From Leucoraja erinacea (lineage: Eukaryota), in assembly GCF_028641065.1 (NCBI RefSeq), contig NC_073415.1, positions 7,874,001-7,938,000 of the forward strand: a stretch of 64,000 nt of DNA, in the 5' to 3' direction. Positions 24,468 to 41,600 of this stretch are shown in pieces; the stretch's first letter is position 1; each line of letters begins with the position of its first letter. The notes beneath the pieces are model-generated. The model was not told the DNA's origin. It made no database searches and saw only the letters and a list, made by a program, of their open reading frames with translations. The translations under genes were made by a program, and so were the position numbers.

Positions 24468-25183
24468 ATATCTCTGTATCGATCAGGTTTGACAGCGAAC
24501 TGTTGACAGAAGAGTCAATTCCACTAGTTTCTGCTGGGAAGTCCACTCTGGGGAAGAACAAAAAAAGGAGGAAAACCCTTCATTTGCAACTTTAATATGC
24601 AATGAGATGAGCAGATAGATTCTTGCTCAATCCAACTAACCCTTCTAGTTTATACCATAGGCCCAACTATGTTACCTTTTGATACAGGGGGCTTCCAACA
24701 TACAAAAGTATATTCTAATGCAAGCTGGCTCTAGGCTCGAGAAGCAGGGCCTCTCCCCGACCTGCCGAGTATTTGCAACCTTCTGAATGCTGTAGTCAAT
24801 AGGTGCAGGAGGAGGCCATTCGAGCCAACTCTGCATATCGAGCCAACTTGGACAATTTCGCATTTATACCAAGCCAATTAAACGGCAAACCTGCACGTCT
24901 TTGGAGTGTGTGAGGAAACAGAAGATCTTGGTGAAAACCCACGGGGAGAAGGTACAAACTCCGTACAGACAGCACCTGTGGTCGGGATCGAACCCGGGTC
25001 TCAGGCACCAACTCCACCGCCGCGCCACCGTGACCGCCCGTTTCTCCCCCCGCCGGACCTGACTTACCCTCAGCGGGAGCTCTGCCGGCCGGCAGCGTTG
25101 ACTCTGGGCAGCAAGAGGACTCTGGCTCCTCATGAATCATGAAAACAAAGGCCGGGAGTTCCCGGAGCCTGGCGCTAGGCCGC

Positions 25184-25257
25184 GTTGCCATGGAGACGGA
25201 GGCTGCCGCTGCCGGGGTGCGTCACTTCTGGGGGGTGGATCCGGTGAGGGGGAGAAG

Positions 25258-25270
<13 letters not shown>
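25184..25270. promoter_or_regulatory. CLPP promoter, probably bidirectional
   Basis: RFX X-box GTTGCCATGGAGAC at 25184-25197, CRE half-site CGTCA near 25220, YY1 motif AAGATGGCGG over the ATG, CpG-rich. Confidence 0.65.
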
Positions 25271-30611
<5,341 letters not shown>

Positions 30612-30916
30612 GCTGTGCCCCCCGCCCCATCTGTTCACCGCTCGCCCAGCTTCTCCGCAGTGTGTAGATTAATATTTTTATTAAATGTTCACCACCCAAA
30701 GCCTCTCCGATGTTGTGCTACTTCACGTTTCCGGCCCTCACCCAAGATATGTGGTCTTTCCACCACTGACACACACCATTACAAGTTTACTTTCAAACTC
30801 TTGAATGGCGTCAAGAGCGTTTTATTGTCATATGTCCCAGACAGATCAATGACATTCTTACTTGCAGCAGCACAACAGAATATGAAAACATAGTGGACTG
30901 TAAACAATTTAATAAA

Positions 30917-31170
30917 NNNNNNNNNNNNNNNNNNNNNNNNNNNNNNNNNNNNNNNNNNNNNNNNNNNNNNNNNNNNNNNNNNNNNNNNNNNNNNNNNNNN
31001 NNNNNNNNNNNNNNNNNNNNNNNNNNNNNNNNNNNNNNNNNNNNNNNNNNNNNNNNNNNNNNNNNNNNNNNNNNNNNNNNNNNNNNNNNNNNNNNNNNNN
31101 NNNNNNNNNNNNNNNNNNNNNNNNNNNNNNNNNNNNNNNNNNNNNNNNNNNNNNNNNNNNNNNNNNNNNN
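30917..31170. other. Assembly gap (N run)
   Basis: Run of N. Confidence 0.99.
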
Positions 31171-32336
31171 ATAATATTAGTGCAAAAAGGCAAAACCAAT
31201 GCCCCCAAGTCTATGCAGTTCAGAGCTTATTTGGAGGTTATAGTGTTTAATAACCTGATGGCTGTAGGGAAGAAGCTGCTCCTCAAGTCTTAGGATATTT
31301 CAGTCGGTTTGAGGTTAAGTTAGGGAGGAGGAGAAATTGCAGATTTACATTTATGTGTAAGTTTATTGTGAACCAATGCTGCACAAGCAAAACATGACAT
31401 GGAGCCTACATAAGAATATAGTGGGATTCAACTGAGATTCTCTGTTCAGCATTCAACAAAGATAAATTATTATCTTTGCTGAGTTTTAAAATGATCAATT
31501 AGACCCCACTCTGAGCCTTGTGAGGGATAGGATTACAGACTTTAAATTGAATTGAATTTCTTTATTTGTCATTCAAAAACATGTTGGGGCGAAATGTTGT
31601 TGCCATGCAGTCATAACAGTAAAAAAGCAACAAAACACACAATTTAACACAAACATCCTATCATAGTGATTCTCCTCCAGGCATCTCCTCACTGTGATGG
31701 AAGGTTAAAAAAGTCTTATCTCTTCCTTGCTCCTCCCGCGGTCAGGCAGTCAAACTGTTGTGTCAAGGTGATAACTCCATTCTTCAGAAAGTCTAAAAAC
31801 TAATCATTCTTGACTGGTCCAACTCCAAGTGTAAGATTATGTTTTCTTATTCCAGACTTTGCTGCGCCGCCCAAAAAAGAATTTAACTGTGCAGCAACTA
31901 AAGAGCTATTGAGCCATTTACCCCTGCAAATCATTTCTCTATCCACAAGATCAAATCCTTTATTATTGATAATATTTACACAAATAATACAAAAAAACTG
32001 CAGAAGCTGAAAATCCTAAATGTAAACAGTGGTTTCTCATTTTGATTGATCGAACGATTTAGCAAGGAAACAGGCCTTCAATCCACCATTTCCACGTCAA
32101 CTATTGATCGCTCGTTCACACCAATAGAAACAAGGAACTGCAGATGCTGGTTAATTCACAAAAGGACACAAAATACTGGAGTAACTCAGCAGGTCAGGCA
32201 ACGTCTCTGGGGAACATCGATAGGTGACATTTCGGGTCGAGACCCATCTTCAGACTCGTCCCGAAGGTCTCGATCCAAAAAACCGTTCACCTACCTATGT
32301 GTTCAAGAAGGAACTGCAGATGCTGGAAGATCGAAG

Positions 32337-32485
32337 GTACACAAAATTGCTGGAGAAACTCAGCGGGTGCAGCAGCATCTATGGAGCGAAGAAAATAGGC
32401 GATGTTTCGGGCCGAAACGTCGCCTATTTTCTTTGCTCCATAGATGCTGCTGCACCCGCTGAGTTTCTCCAGCAATTTTGTGTAC
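32337..32485. repeat. Near-perfect palindrome with arms of about 72 bp, hairpin-element family
   Basis: gtacacaaaattgctggagaaactcag...tttcgg|g|ccgaaa...ctgagtttctccagcaattttgtgtac. Confidence 0.9.
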
Positions 32486-33284
32486 ATTCACCTACCCATG
32501 TTCTCTGGAGATACTGCCCAAGTCACTGAGTTACTCCAGCACATGTATCCTCTCTGCTCACACAAGTTCTATTTTATCCCAGCTTTGCATCCACTTCCTA
32601 CACACTAGGAGCGATTTACAAACTCCTGCTAACCTGCAAACCCCCACATTTTTGAGACGTGGGAGGAAGCCAGAGGACACCTATGCAGTCACAGGAAGAA
32701 CGTGCAAACTCCAGGCAGAGAGCACCCGAGGTCAGAATCGAACCAGGGCTTCTGACTCTGTGAGACAGCAGCTCTAGCAGCTGCACTACTGTGCTGCCTA
32801 TCAAGTAAAGATAGAACATTCTGGAAATGTTTTGCAGATCAGGCAGTATCTGTGGAGAAACAGAGCAAATGTTTCAGGTCAATAATATCTTAGCAGAACT
32901 TGAAATCTTGGCTTTGTTTTTCTCGACAGATATAACATTTTCCCAGCATTTTCTGCTTTTGCTTTATATTTCCATCAACCTCAATCCTTTAGACTGACAC
33001 AAAGTACAGGAGTAACTCAGTGGGCCAGGCAGCATCTCTGGAGAGAATGCATAGGTGACTTTTCAGGTGTATTCCATTTCTCCAGAGATGCTGCCTGACC
33101 TGCTTAATTACTCCAGCTTTTTGTCTCTGTCTTCAGTTTAAACCAGCATCTGCAGTTCCTTCCCTGCACAACCTCATTCTTTTGCCTGGATTTTGATTGT
33201 GCTTAATTCTTTTTGATGTCCAGTTGAAATGAATGGAAGCCCTGCATTCATTTGTCCCTGTGTAACGTGGACATCCTGCCACAG

Positions 33285-33400
33285 GCGGCAGCGCAAGCAG
33301 CACACGGCAGGCAGCCAGCAGAACTACAACCCCCAGAATGCACACCGCACGGGGCGCATGCGTGCTGCTGTCCTGCCCCAAAGGGCTGATCCAATGACTG
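33285..33400 (+). promoter_or_regulatory. Candidate promoter of the SSX2IP-like gene
   Basis: ZNF143/THAP11-type AACTACAACCCCCAGAATGC at 33322-33341, NRF1-like GCGCATGCGT at 33354-33363, CCAAT at 33391, local CpG enrichment. Confidence 0.6.
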
Positions 33401-33469
33401 CTGGGGGTTTGGCATGGAGGGAGATTTAAGATGTAGATAGAGGTTGGGGGGAGCTTGGAGGAGGCTTGC

Positions 33470-34825
33470 TGAGCAGAGGCTGCAGGTGAGCAGAGGCTGC
33501 AGGTGAGCAGAGGCTGCAGGTGAGCAGGGGGGGGCAGGTGAGCAGAGGGGTGCAGGTGAGCAGGGGGGTGCAGGTGCAGGGGGGTGCAGGTGAGCAGAGG
33601 GTGCAGGTGAGCAGGGGGGTGCAGGTGAGCAGGGGGGTGCAGGTGAGCAGAGGGTGCAGGTGAGCAGAGGGGTGCAGGTGAGCAGAGGGGGTGCAGGTGA
33701 GCAGAGGGGTGCAGGTGAGCAGAGGGGTGCAGGTGAGCAGAGGGGTGCAGGTGAGCAGAGGGGGTGCAGGTGAGCAGAGGGGGGCAGGTGAGCAGAGGGG
33801 TGCAGGTGAGCAGGGGTGCAGGTGAGCAGAGGGGTGCAGGTGAGCTGCAGGTGAGCAGAGGGGGCGCAGGTGAGCAGGGGGGTGCAGGTGAGCAGGGGGG
33901 TGCAGGTGAGCAGAGGGTGCAGGTGAGCAGAGGGGTGCAGGTGAGCAGAGGGGTGCAGGTGAGCAGAGGGTGCAGGTGAGCAGAGGGGTGCAGGTGAGCA
34001 GAGGGGAGCAGAGGTGAGCAGAGGGTGCAGGTGGGAGCAGAGGGTGCAGGTGAACAGGGGGGTGCAGGTGAGCAGAGCAGAGGGTGCAGGTGAGCAGGGG
34101 GGGTGCAGGTGGAGCAGAGGGTGCAGTGAGGGGTGCAGGTGAGCAGAGGGGGTGCAGGTGAGCAGAGGGTGCAGCAGGTGAGGGGAGGGGTGCAGGTGAG
34201 CAGAGGGGGCAGGTGAGCAGAGGGGGTGCAGGTGAGCAGAGGGGGTGCAGGTGAGCAGAGGGTGGTGCAGGTGAGCAGAGGGTGCAGGTGAGCAGAGGGG
34301 GTGCAGGTGAGCAGAGGGGAGGTGAGCAGAGGGGGTGCAGGTGAGCAGAGGGGTGCAGGTGAGCAGAGGGGTGCAGGTGAGCAGAGGGGTGCAGGTGAGC
34401 AGAGGGTGCAGGTGAGCAGAGGGGTGCAGGTGAGCAGAGGGTGCAGGTGAGCAGAGGGGGCAGCAGGTGAGCAGAGGGGTGCAGGTGAGCAGAGGGGGTG
34501 CAGGTGAGCAGAGGGGGTGCAGGTGAGCAGAGGGGGTGCAGGTGAGCAGGGGGGTGCAGGTGAGCAGAGGGGGTGCAGGTGAGCAGAGGGGGTGCAGGTG
34601 AGCAGGGGGTGCAGGTGAGCAGAGGGGGGCAGGTGAGCAGAGGGGGGCAGGTGAGCAGAGGGAGCAGGTGAGCAGAGGGGTGCAGGTGGGCAGAGGGGTG
34701 CAGGTGGGAAGAGGAGCAAGAAGTGGGTGCAGGTGTGAAGTGGGTGCAGGTGAGCAAAGGGGTTCAGGTGGGAAGGGGGTGCAGGTGTGAAGGGGGTGCA
34801 GGTGAGAAGTGAGTGCAGGTGCAGT
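33470..34825. repeat. G-rich minisatellite, 17-20-bp unit GCAGGTGAGCAGAG(G)nT, roughly 70 copies
   Basis: Tandem array read directly; copy number estimated from length. Confidence 0.95.
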
Positions 34826-35626
34826 GGGAGGGTGCTGAGAAGCTGAGGGCTAGTGGGGAGGGCTAGTGAGGGTGGCTTGGGAGAGCTGTAGGGGAGGTGA
34901 GAGAGAGGGGAGGGGAGGGAGGGAAGTAGTGAAGGCCATGTTGGAATTCCCTCAACCTTTCCGTCTCGTTTGTGTTGCTGCATAAAACCTATGTATTTAG
35001 GAAGCTTTCAGTCACCTGTTGTTGAGACTTTTTCTATGTCTGATAATGCCTCCCTTTGGCTGATTGTACTGTATGAATGATAATGGTAACCTCTGAAATA
35101 GCTGCTGCGAGTGTGAGAGAGAGGGGGGCAGATAATTTGAGGGACACCACCTTCTTGGGACACATCCTATTTTCAAGGCCAAGTTTGTGTTGAGATATTC
35201 TTAGGTGGACACTGTGCCAATTAAGATAATTCTGGATTTTGTTTCACAAATCCCCTCCCCTCTGCCCTGGTCAATGGTTAAATGCTCGGTCATCTGACTA
35301 CTTAGGTTACAAGAAACGTCAGGGATATCTTATTCGGGTCCTTCCCTGCATTTTTTCTTTGTTCATATGTGGCTACAAGGAACTGCAGATGCTGGCTTCC
35401 AAAACAAGACACAAAGTGCTGGAGTGACAGCAGGTCAGGCAGCATCTCTGGTGATGTTCCTTCAGTCTGAAGAAGGGCCCCTGACCAGACATGTCGCCTA
35501 TCCATTCTCCAAAGTTGGACCTCCTGAGTTATTCCAGCACTTTGTGTCCTGTTTTTCTTTGTTCAATTTCAGTAAAATAATCCTTTTTTTTTGCCTTTGG
35601 GGAAAGTTGGATGACAAATCAGGAAG

Positions 35627-35675
35627 ATGAGTAATTGGAAAAACTCGTCTTTAACTGAAGCGGAGAATACCCCAG
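35627..35675 (+). CDS. SSX2IP-like coding exon 1
   Basis: MSNWKNSSLTEAENTP (human begins MGDW); G|gtaagt. Confidence 0.7.
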
Positions 35676-38600
35676 GTAAGTTTGTGTCCATTTTCTTTAA
35701 ATAGCTGTTAAATAAATGACTTTTTATTTCTACCGTTCTGTTCACAGTTATGGAATTTGCAATCAGTTGAAGCAGAATTCTGTTATGCAGCATTGTAGCA
35801 GTTAGTTGGTGCGACAGGAAATTCCAATGTTTAGTTGAACAAGGTAGGTCTTCATTCTTTGGAGCGCAGAAGGTTAAGGGGGGGACTTGATAGAGGTCTT
35901 TAAAAATTATGATAGGGATAGACAGAGTTGACATGGATAAGGTTTATTCATTCACGCCATACGCAAGAAGAAGAAGCCTTCTAAGGAAGTAGAGGCATTG
36001 GTGTGTTTTACTGGGACCTTTTTGTTTTAACTAATCTGTCTGCAGATGCGAAGAGTTTTGTGTTTAGGCGTGTCTCCCAAACTGCTTCACCGTTCTCCGC
36101 GGGCAGTACCATCACCTTGCACTCTTCCCCAGCGCGGGCACTTCAGAATGTCTTCAGCCAAAGTGCGTTCTGCTGGGCGGACAACATAGAGGAGTGCCTC
36201 GCCTACCTGAGCAAGGTAAGCTGAGACTGCAAGTAGATGCAAGCAACTGCAGATGCTGCAATACTTTGGATATTTTAGAGCAAGGGTTCCCAGCCTGGGG
36301 TAAACATCGCGGGGGGTAAAAGTGTTGATTCTAGATTTGTACATATTTGTTCTCATTGACTGACTGTGTTTGGTTCTGGTATACCGGTATCTGTTCCTCA
36401 TTAGTTGTTCATAAATAACTGAAAATACAATGAAGTGAAATAACATTGTAAAGTGCTGTCCACTAAATATTCCAGGAGCTGATTGCCTTGGGACTACCTT
36501 CGCTCTTCACTGATGATAGTTTTGAGGAGAGTCCCGCTTCAGGCTTTAACCTTGTTGCCCTCATAAACTGCACACACTACCTGCTGCAGCTCCACTGGAA
36601 GAACATGGCCAAAGTGGATGAACTGGAATCGGCAAGGTTTAAATCCTTCAGTGAGCAGGATTGCATGAGAAGCAGCCAATTCAAGTTGCAGGTGAGTTGT
36701 GACTTTCTTTTGCCCTCTAGTTTTCCACCTCCCACCCCACCCCAGCCCCAGAAGAAAGACTGTGACTATTCACATTGTCTATTTTAGTTTAGTTTTGAGA
36801 TGCAGTGTGGAAATAGGCCTTTTGGACAACAGACCTGCGATCCCCGCACACTAACACTATCCTACACGTACTTGGGTCAATTTACAATTTTAACCAAGCC
36901 GATTAACCTGCAAGCCTGTACGTCTCTGGAGGGTGGGTCGGCAAAAAGTGGAGATCCCAGAGCAAACCCACGCAGGTCACACGAGGAGAGCGTGCAAACT
37001 CCGTACAGACTGCACCCGTAGTCGGGATCGAGCCCGAGTCTCTGGCGCTGTAAGGTGGGTCGGAGACCTTGTTTCCACGCCCTATCCCTAAACTAAACTA
37101 AAAAGCCAGTGAAACTCGCTGGCGATCATGGTTTAGGAGGCGTGATTTGGAGGGGGGGGGGGGGGAGAATATCGACTGAGATCAGTTTGTGCTGTGTCTC
37201 TGCGCTCCTCACAGGAGCAGGCGGAAACACTGGAGCGGGAGATCACTGCTCTGCAAGCCAAGGACCAGCAAGCCCAGAAAAACATCCGCAACCTGAATTC
37301 ACTCCTGAAAAGCACCAAGGAAGAGGTGAGAGGTGTGGGGCGGGACGGGCCTGGAATGATTTGCTTCTAAAGGTCAAAGATTTTGAGTAACTCAGCTTTA
37401 ACGGAGAAGAGGGAGGGAGGGAGGCTGTGAGATCTGGATTCAGTGAGGATGGCTGGTCTAGTCCAGACACACATACTGTAAACAGCTGGAATAACTCGGC
37501 GTGACAGGCAGCACCTCTGGAGTGAAGGAATGGGTGACGTTTTGGGTCAAGACCCTTCAGACTGAGAATCAGGGGAAAGGGGAACAAGATATACAGATGG
37601 TACTTGGGAGAAATTAATGGAAAAAATGCCAAAAAAAAAATCAATCTGGAGGTGTGCGTTTTCACACTTCTGTACCTGTGGCCTGATGGGGGAGGGAGGG
37701 AGGGAGGAAGGGAGTGGGTGGGGTGTGATTTGTCCTTGATGATGTTGCTGCCCTGGGGCAGTGATATCAGGGATAGTGATTGTGGCCTCATCGCATTCAG
37801 GTGGTCAAGCTGCAGAACATCATCTCGAGCCGGTCTGCCCAACATGCACACGACATGAAGCGGAAGGAGCAGGAGCTGAGCAAACTGAAGGAGAAGATGC
37901 ATCACCACCTGACGGATAAGAAGGACAAGAGGATGTGTGAGTAGCCATCTCCGTGAAAGGGCAGGGGGATTCCCCATGAATGAATGTGTATTGACCAAGT
38001 ATTCACATACAAGGAATTTGCCTTGGTGCTCTGCCCGCAAGTGACAACATGACATTCCAGTGGCATTAGGAATGACACATAAAACATTAAACATTAATAA
38101 TAAAACATTATTGATTAAACATGTGAATTAAATGAAATACCAGAGCAAAAGGAGGCTACATTTTTAGTTATTGAGTAGAGTTACTACTCGTGGGAAAAAA
38201 AGCTGTTTTTATGTCTGGCTGTGACTGCTTTGACATTAGTCCCTCAAATGGTTATTAGTCCCTCAAAGGGAGTCGTAGAGAGTGGATCAAGGTCAGAAAT
38301 CTCAGACACTGAGTGATGCTCCTATACCATCCCATTATACTTCCCAGGGTCATTCGCAGTGAAGTTCCCTCTGGATTGTCACATCACATTCCCAGGGTCC
38401 GACAGATAGTGAAGCCTCCTTCAACCTGTTCCGTCAGACAGAGGGAAGCTCCCTCTACTGTCCCCTTACACATTCCCAGAGTCATTTGCTGTAAAGCTCC
38501 CTCTGAGAGAGTGTTTGAAGAAGGGTCTCGACCCGAAACGTCACCCATTCCTTCTCTCTAGAGATGCTGCCTGTCCCGCTGAGTTACTCCAGCACTTTGT

Positions 38601-41600
38601 GTCTACCTTTGAATTAAACCAGCATCTGCAGTTCTTCCCTACCAATTGCCAGAGCAGCCCTTACAGCACCAAGGGCTCCTTTGTGTATTTACCGGCATGT
38701 CTGTGCATTAACCAACACCTCTGTTTATTGACCAGCATCTGCTCTTCCTACTTTCTACAACATAGATGTCTCTTTGTCTTTAAGCTATAGACATCCTGAA
38801 TCAAATTGGACGATCTGATGGGCGTCGCTCGCTGTGGAGAACGGGCAAGACTGAATCAAGGTAGTTAGTCCGTATCACCAAGTGTGATGCGGTCAATGCA
38901 TCTGTTGCTGTGCTGGAGATAGTAATGGGTAGAGTCACACAGTGTGGAAACAGGCCCTTCAACCCAACATGCCCACGCCGACCAACATGCCCCATCTACA
39001 CTCGATAATAGCCAACTGATGACATGGTTACACTGCTTCCTCTCCCCATTCTGTGCTGCATCTTATCTCTTTGCTCCAATGTCCTCCTCCCCCTCCACCC
39101 CCTCGAGCCCACCCTCCCCCTAAACCAGTTTCAGTTTAGTTTAGAGATACAGTCCAGAAACAGGCCCTTCGACCCACCGAGCCCACTCCAACCAGCGATC
39201 ACCCCGCACGCTAACACTATCCAACACACTAGATACAGTTCACAATTTTACTGAAGCCTATTAAGCTAGAACTTGCACATCTTGGGAGGAAACTGGAGCA
39301 CCTGGGGAAAGCCCACATGGTCACAGGGACAACCTCCATACAGACAACACTGGTGGTCAGGATGGAACCCGGGTCTCTGGCGCTGTGAGGCAGCGACTCT
39401 GGCACCCTATAAAAGAGGTTTATAAAAATTCTGAGCGATGTAGATATGGTAGCTGGTCTTTCTCTTTGGGCACGGGTCTGGCGGGGTTGGAAGCAGCAGG
39501 GGTGAGATGGTCGGTCATGTCAAGAACCACGCTATACTCTCCTTGCCTTCTCTCCTCTGTGCCGCAGGAGGGAAGGAGAGATGTACAAAGTTCTCACCGG
39601 TAACTACGAGACGCAACTCAAGGATCTGGCCCTGGACAACGCAGAGTTGAAGAGAGCTCTCAACCGCGTGAACAGGGAGATGAGCGAATTTCCCAGTTCT
39701 CAGGAGAAACTCCGCCGTCAAGGGTCCCTTCAGTCGCTAGTGGTGAGTGTGAGCACGTGAGTGTGAGCGCGTGAGTGTGAACGCATGAGTGAGCGCGTGA
39801 GTGTGCCCGCGCGCGCGTTCAACGGTGAAAAGTAACAAACTATGCAGTTAAACCCCTGTCCCACGGTACAAGTTCATTCCAAGAGTTCTCCCGAGTTTGC
39901 CCTGATTCGAACTCGGAGATTTACGGTAATGGCCACTCGTCGGTACTCGGGGCTCTCGTGGACATTTTTCAACATGTTGAAAAATCTTCACGAGTCTTCC
40001 CGTGCTTACCTGCCGTTAGCGAGTCTTCCATAGTACCTGCCGTTAGCGTTACGAGCCGCTAAGAGACGTCCCCGAGCTCCGACGTACCCGCTACGTTCAT
40101 TCTCCGTGCTTACCACAAGTTTGATTTTTTTAAACTCGGGAGAGCTCTTGGAATGAACTCGTACCGTGGGGCAGGGCTATTACTGCTATTAATTGATTCC
40201 TCTTGTATCCTAAAGAAGTCAAAGTGCTGGAATAACTCAGCGGTTCAGGCAGCATCTCCAGGGAACATAGATATTTGATGATTCATCAGACTGATTCTAG
40301 GGAAGAGGGGGAATGAAAGCTGGTGAAGAGAGGCAGGACAAAGCATAGTTTAGGTTTGAGATACAGCGCGGAAACAGGCCCTTCGGCCCACTGAGTCCAT
40401 GCCTACCGGCGATCACCTAACTGCGGGTGCTGCTGTCTGTACGGAGTTTGTACGTTCCCCCCGTGACCTGCTGCGTGAGTTTTCTCCGGTTTCCTCCCAC
40501 ATTCCAAAGACGTACAGGTTTGTGGGGTAATTGGTTTGGTGAATGTAAAAATTGTTAATGTGCAGGGATCGCAGGTCAGCACGGACCCGGTGGGCCGAAG
40601 GGCCTGTTTCCATGCTGTATCTCTAAATTAAACTAAACTAAGGAAGGGTCCAGATCCAAAACGTCACATCTCCATGTCCTCCAGCGATGCTGCCAGACCC
40701 GCTGAGTTCGTCCAGCATTTTGTGTTTTGTAGGAGGTAACATTGAACAAACTTCTAAAGTATTGCCTTTATGAAGCAGGAGGAAGAGGACACCCTCGATG
40801 AATCGCATGATGCGGACAGGAAGCACCTTACTGACGTCTTTCTGAAGCAGTGGACCTCGTTAAAGGATCATTTACAAAAACTGCAAATGGCTGGTAAAGA
40901 GAGTGCGCCTGATCTCATTAAAGTAGCCTGTCTGGGAATTATTTTGAGATATAGCGCGGACACAGGCCCTTCGGCCCACCGTGTCAGTGCCGGCCAGCTA
41001 TCACCCCATACACTAACATTATCCTACACACACTAGGGGCAATTTACATTTACACTGAAGCTAAGTAATTTTCGGGGCATACCTGTACGTCTTTGGAGCG
41101 TGGGAGGAAAACTGAACACCCAGAGAAAACCCACGCAGGTCACGGGGAGAACGTACACTCAGCACCCGTAGTCAGGATGGAACCCGGGTCTCCAGTGCTG
41201 TAAGGCAGCAACTCTACCGCTGTGCCCAAATGCACAAACAGCTAGTCTCCTTCCCCCTTGATCACGAGACTATTTAGTGAAAGGCTTGGATCGAGTGAAT
41301 GTGGAGAGGATGTTTCCACTAGTGGGAGAGAACTAGGACTAGAGGGCATAGCCTCAGAATTAAAGGATGTTCCTTCAGGAAATGAGAAAGAATTTCTTTA
41401 GTCAGAGGGTGGTGAATCTGTGGAATTCTTTGTCACAGAAGGCTATGCAGGTCACGTCAATGGATATTTTTTATGGCAGAGATAGATAGATTCTTGATTA
41501 GTACGGGTGACTGGGGTTATAGGGAGAAGGCAGGAGAATGGGGTTAGGAGAGATAGATCAGCCATGATTGAATGGTGGAGTAGACTTGATGGGTCGAATG

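Noticed and set aside
33133-34983. Long minus-strand ORFs (616 aa and 443 aa)
   Set aside because: They are translations of the G-rich minisatellite, which lacks stops. The same peptides recur in several frames, and there is no domain or exon structure.
40733-40778. Upstream acceptor (ttttgtag) for SSX2IP-like exon 8
   Set aside because: It is out of frame with the phase-0 upstream exon and lies at the end of a repeat arm.
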